Assembly (NCBI GenBank): GCA_964468895.1 | Contig: CAYXWT010000019.1 | Span: 1-13,590, forward strand | Length of the DNA: 13,590 bases | From: an uncultured archaeon | Lineage (GTDB): Archaea > Iainarchaeota > Iainarchaeia > Iainarchaeales > CSSED10-239 | Reading direction: 5' to 3' | In this document: positions 13,557-13,590 of the stretch, piece by piece | Layout: each line of letters starts with the position of its first letter | Position numbering within the stretch: position 1 is the first letter of the stretch | Translations under genes and position numbers: made by a program | Notes under the pieces: generated by a model | Seen by the model: the letters and a program-made list of their open reading frames with translations, nothing else | What the model was told of the DNA's origin: nothing | The model's database searches: none

Positions 13557-13590
13557 CGCAGGAGACGAGATTTGAACTCGCGTAGTCGTA
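13557..13590 (-). tRNA. Partial tRNA gene (3' half only; isotype undeterminable in this window)
   Basis: The reverse complement reads ...TACGACTAC-GCGAG-TTCAAAT-CTCGT-CTCCTGC-G followed by CTTTTT. This gives a T stem-loop with the canonical TTCAAAT loop, a 7-nt acceptor 3' strand, a discriminator G and an oligo-T tract. The anticodon lies beyond the window edge. Confidence 0.75.

Noticed and set aside
7362-13590. The 6-kb segment bracketed by two minus-strand tRNA genes could be a tRNA-targeted genomic island carrying the ATPase.
   Set aside because: No integrase or recombinase is present. I could find no direct repeat of either tRNA 3' end elsewhere in the window, since the only other gatttgaac is the T-loop of tRNA-Ser itself. 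There is no visible compositional break. The idea is kept only as an alternative hypothesis in the module finding.
1-13590. Scan for CRISPR arrays, IS elements or transposase genes, rRNA genes, and alternative genetic code.
   Set aside because: No regularly spaced repeats were found beyond the 21-bp coding array at 1-84. There are no transposase-like ORFs or terminal inverted repeats and no rRNA-like GC-rich segments. All conserved genes are full length under the standard code with TAA/TAG/TGA as stops, so there is no evidence of stop-codon reassignment.

Overview
This is a strongly AT-rich (by eye about one quarter G+C), tightly packed archaeal chromosomal window. The gene content and compactness suggest a small-genome, DPANN-like archaeon, but that is inference and no searches were run. 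All calls come from reading the translations and motifs.

The left third holds housekeeping information-processing genes. A TATA-box-binding protein on the minus strand runs off the left edge and is missing from the ORF track. It is divergent from the conserved archaeal cluster rpl21e-rpoF-DUF655-ksgA.

The middle holds salvage and envelope genes: AMP phosphorylase (thymidine-phosphorylase family), undecaprenyl-diphosphatase, a YdjM-like membrane hydrolase, an Asn-rich anchored surface protein and a PNPOx-like flavoprotein.

tRNA-Ser(CGA) sits inside a same-strand gene string, and a second, partial tRNA lies at the right edge.

The most unusual part is the minus-strand string 7439..11608. It encodes a 5-TM membrane protein with a 10-Cys ectodomain, then a 913-aa HerA/FtsK-type P-loop ATPase, then a 110-aa orphan whose stop lies inside the tRNA. 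The ATPase is fused to a disordered N-terminus, an acidic linker and a novel C-terminal module (a winged-helix-like segment bracketed by an internal repeat). No NurA, nuclease, Sir2, integrase or capsid partner is visible. I flag it as a candidate undescribed membrane-associated translocation (or defence) module.

The right end carries a glycerophosphodiester phosphodiesterase and a class I SAM methyltransferase. No CRISPR array, IS element or rRNA is seen.
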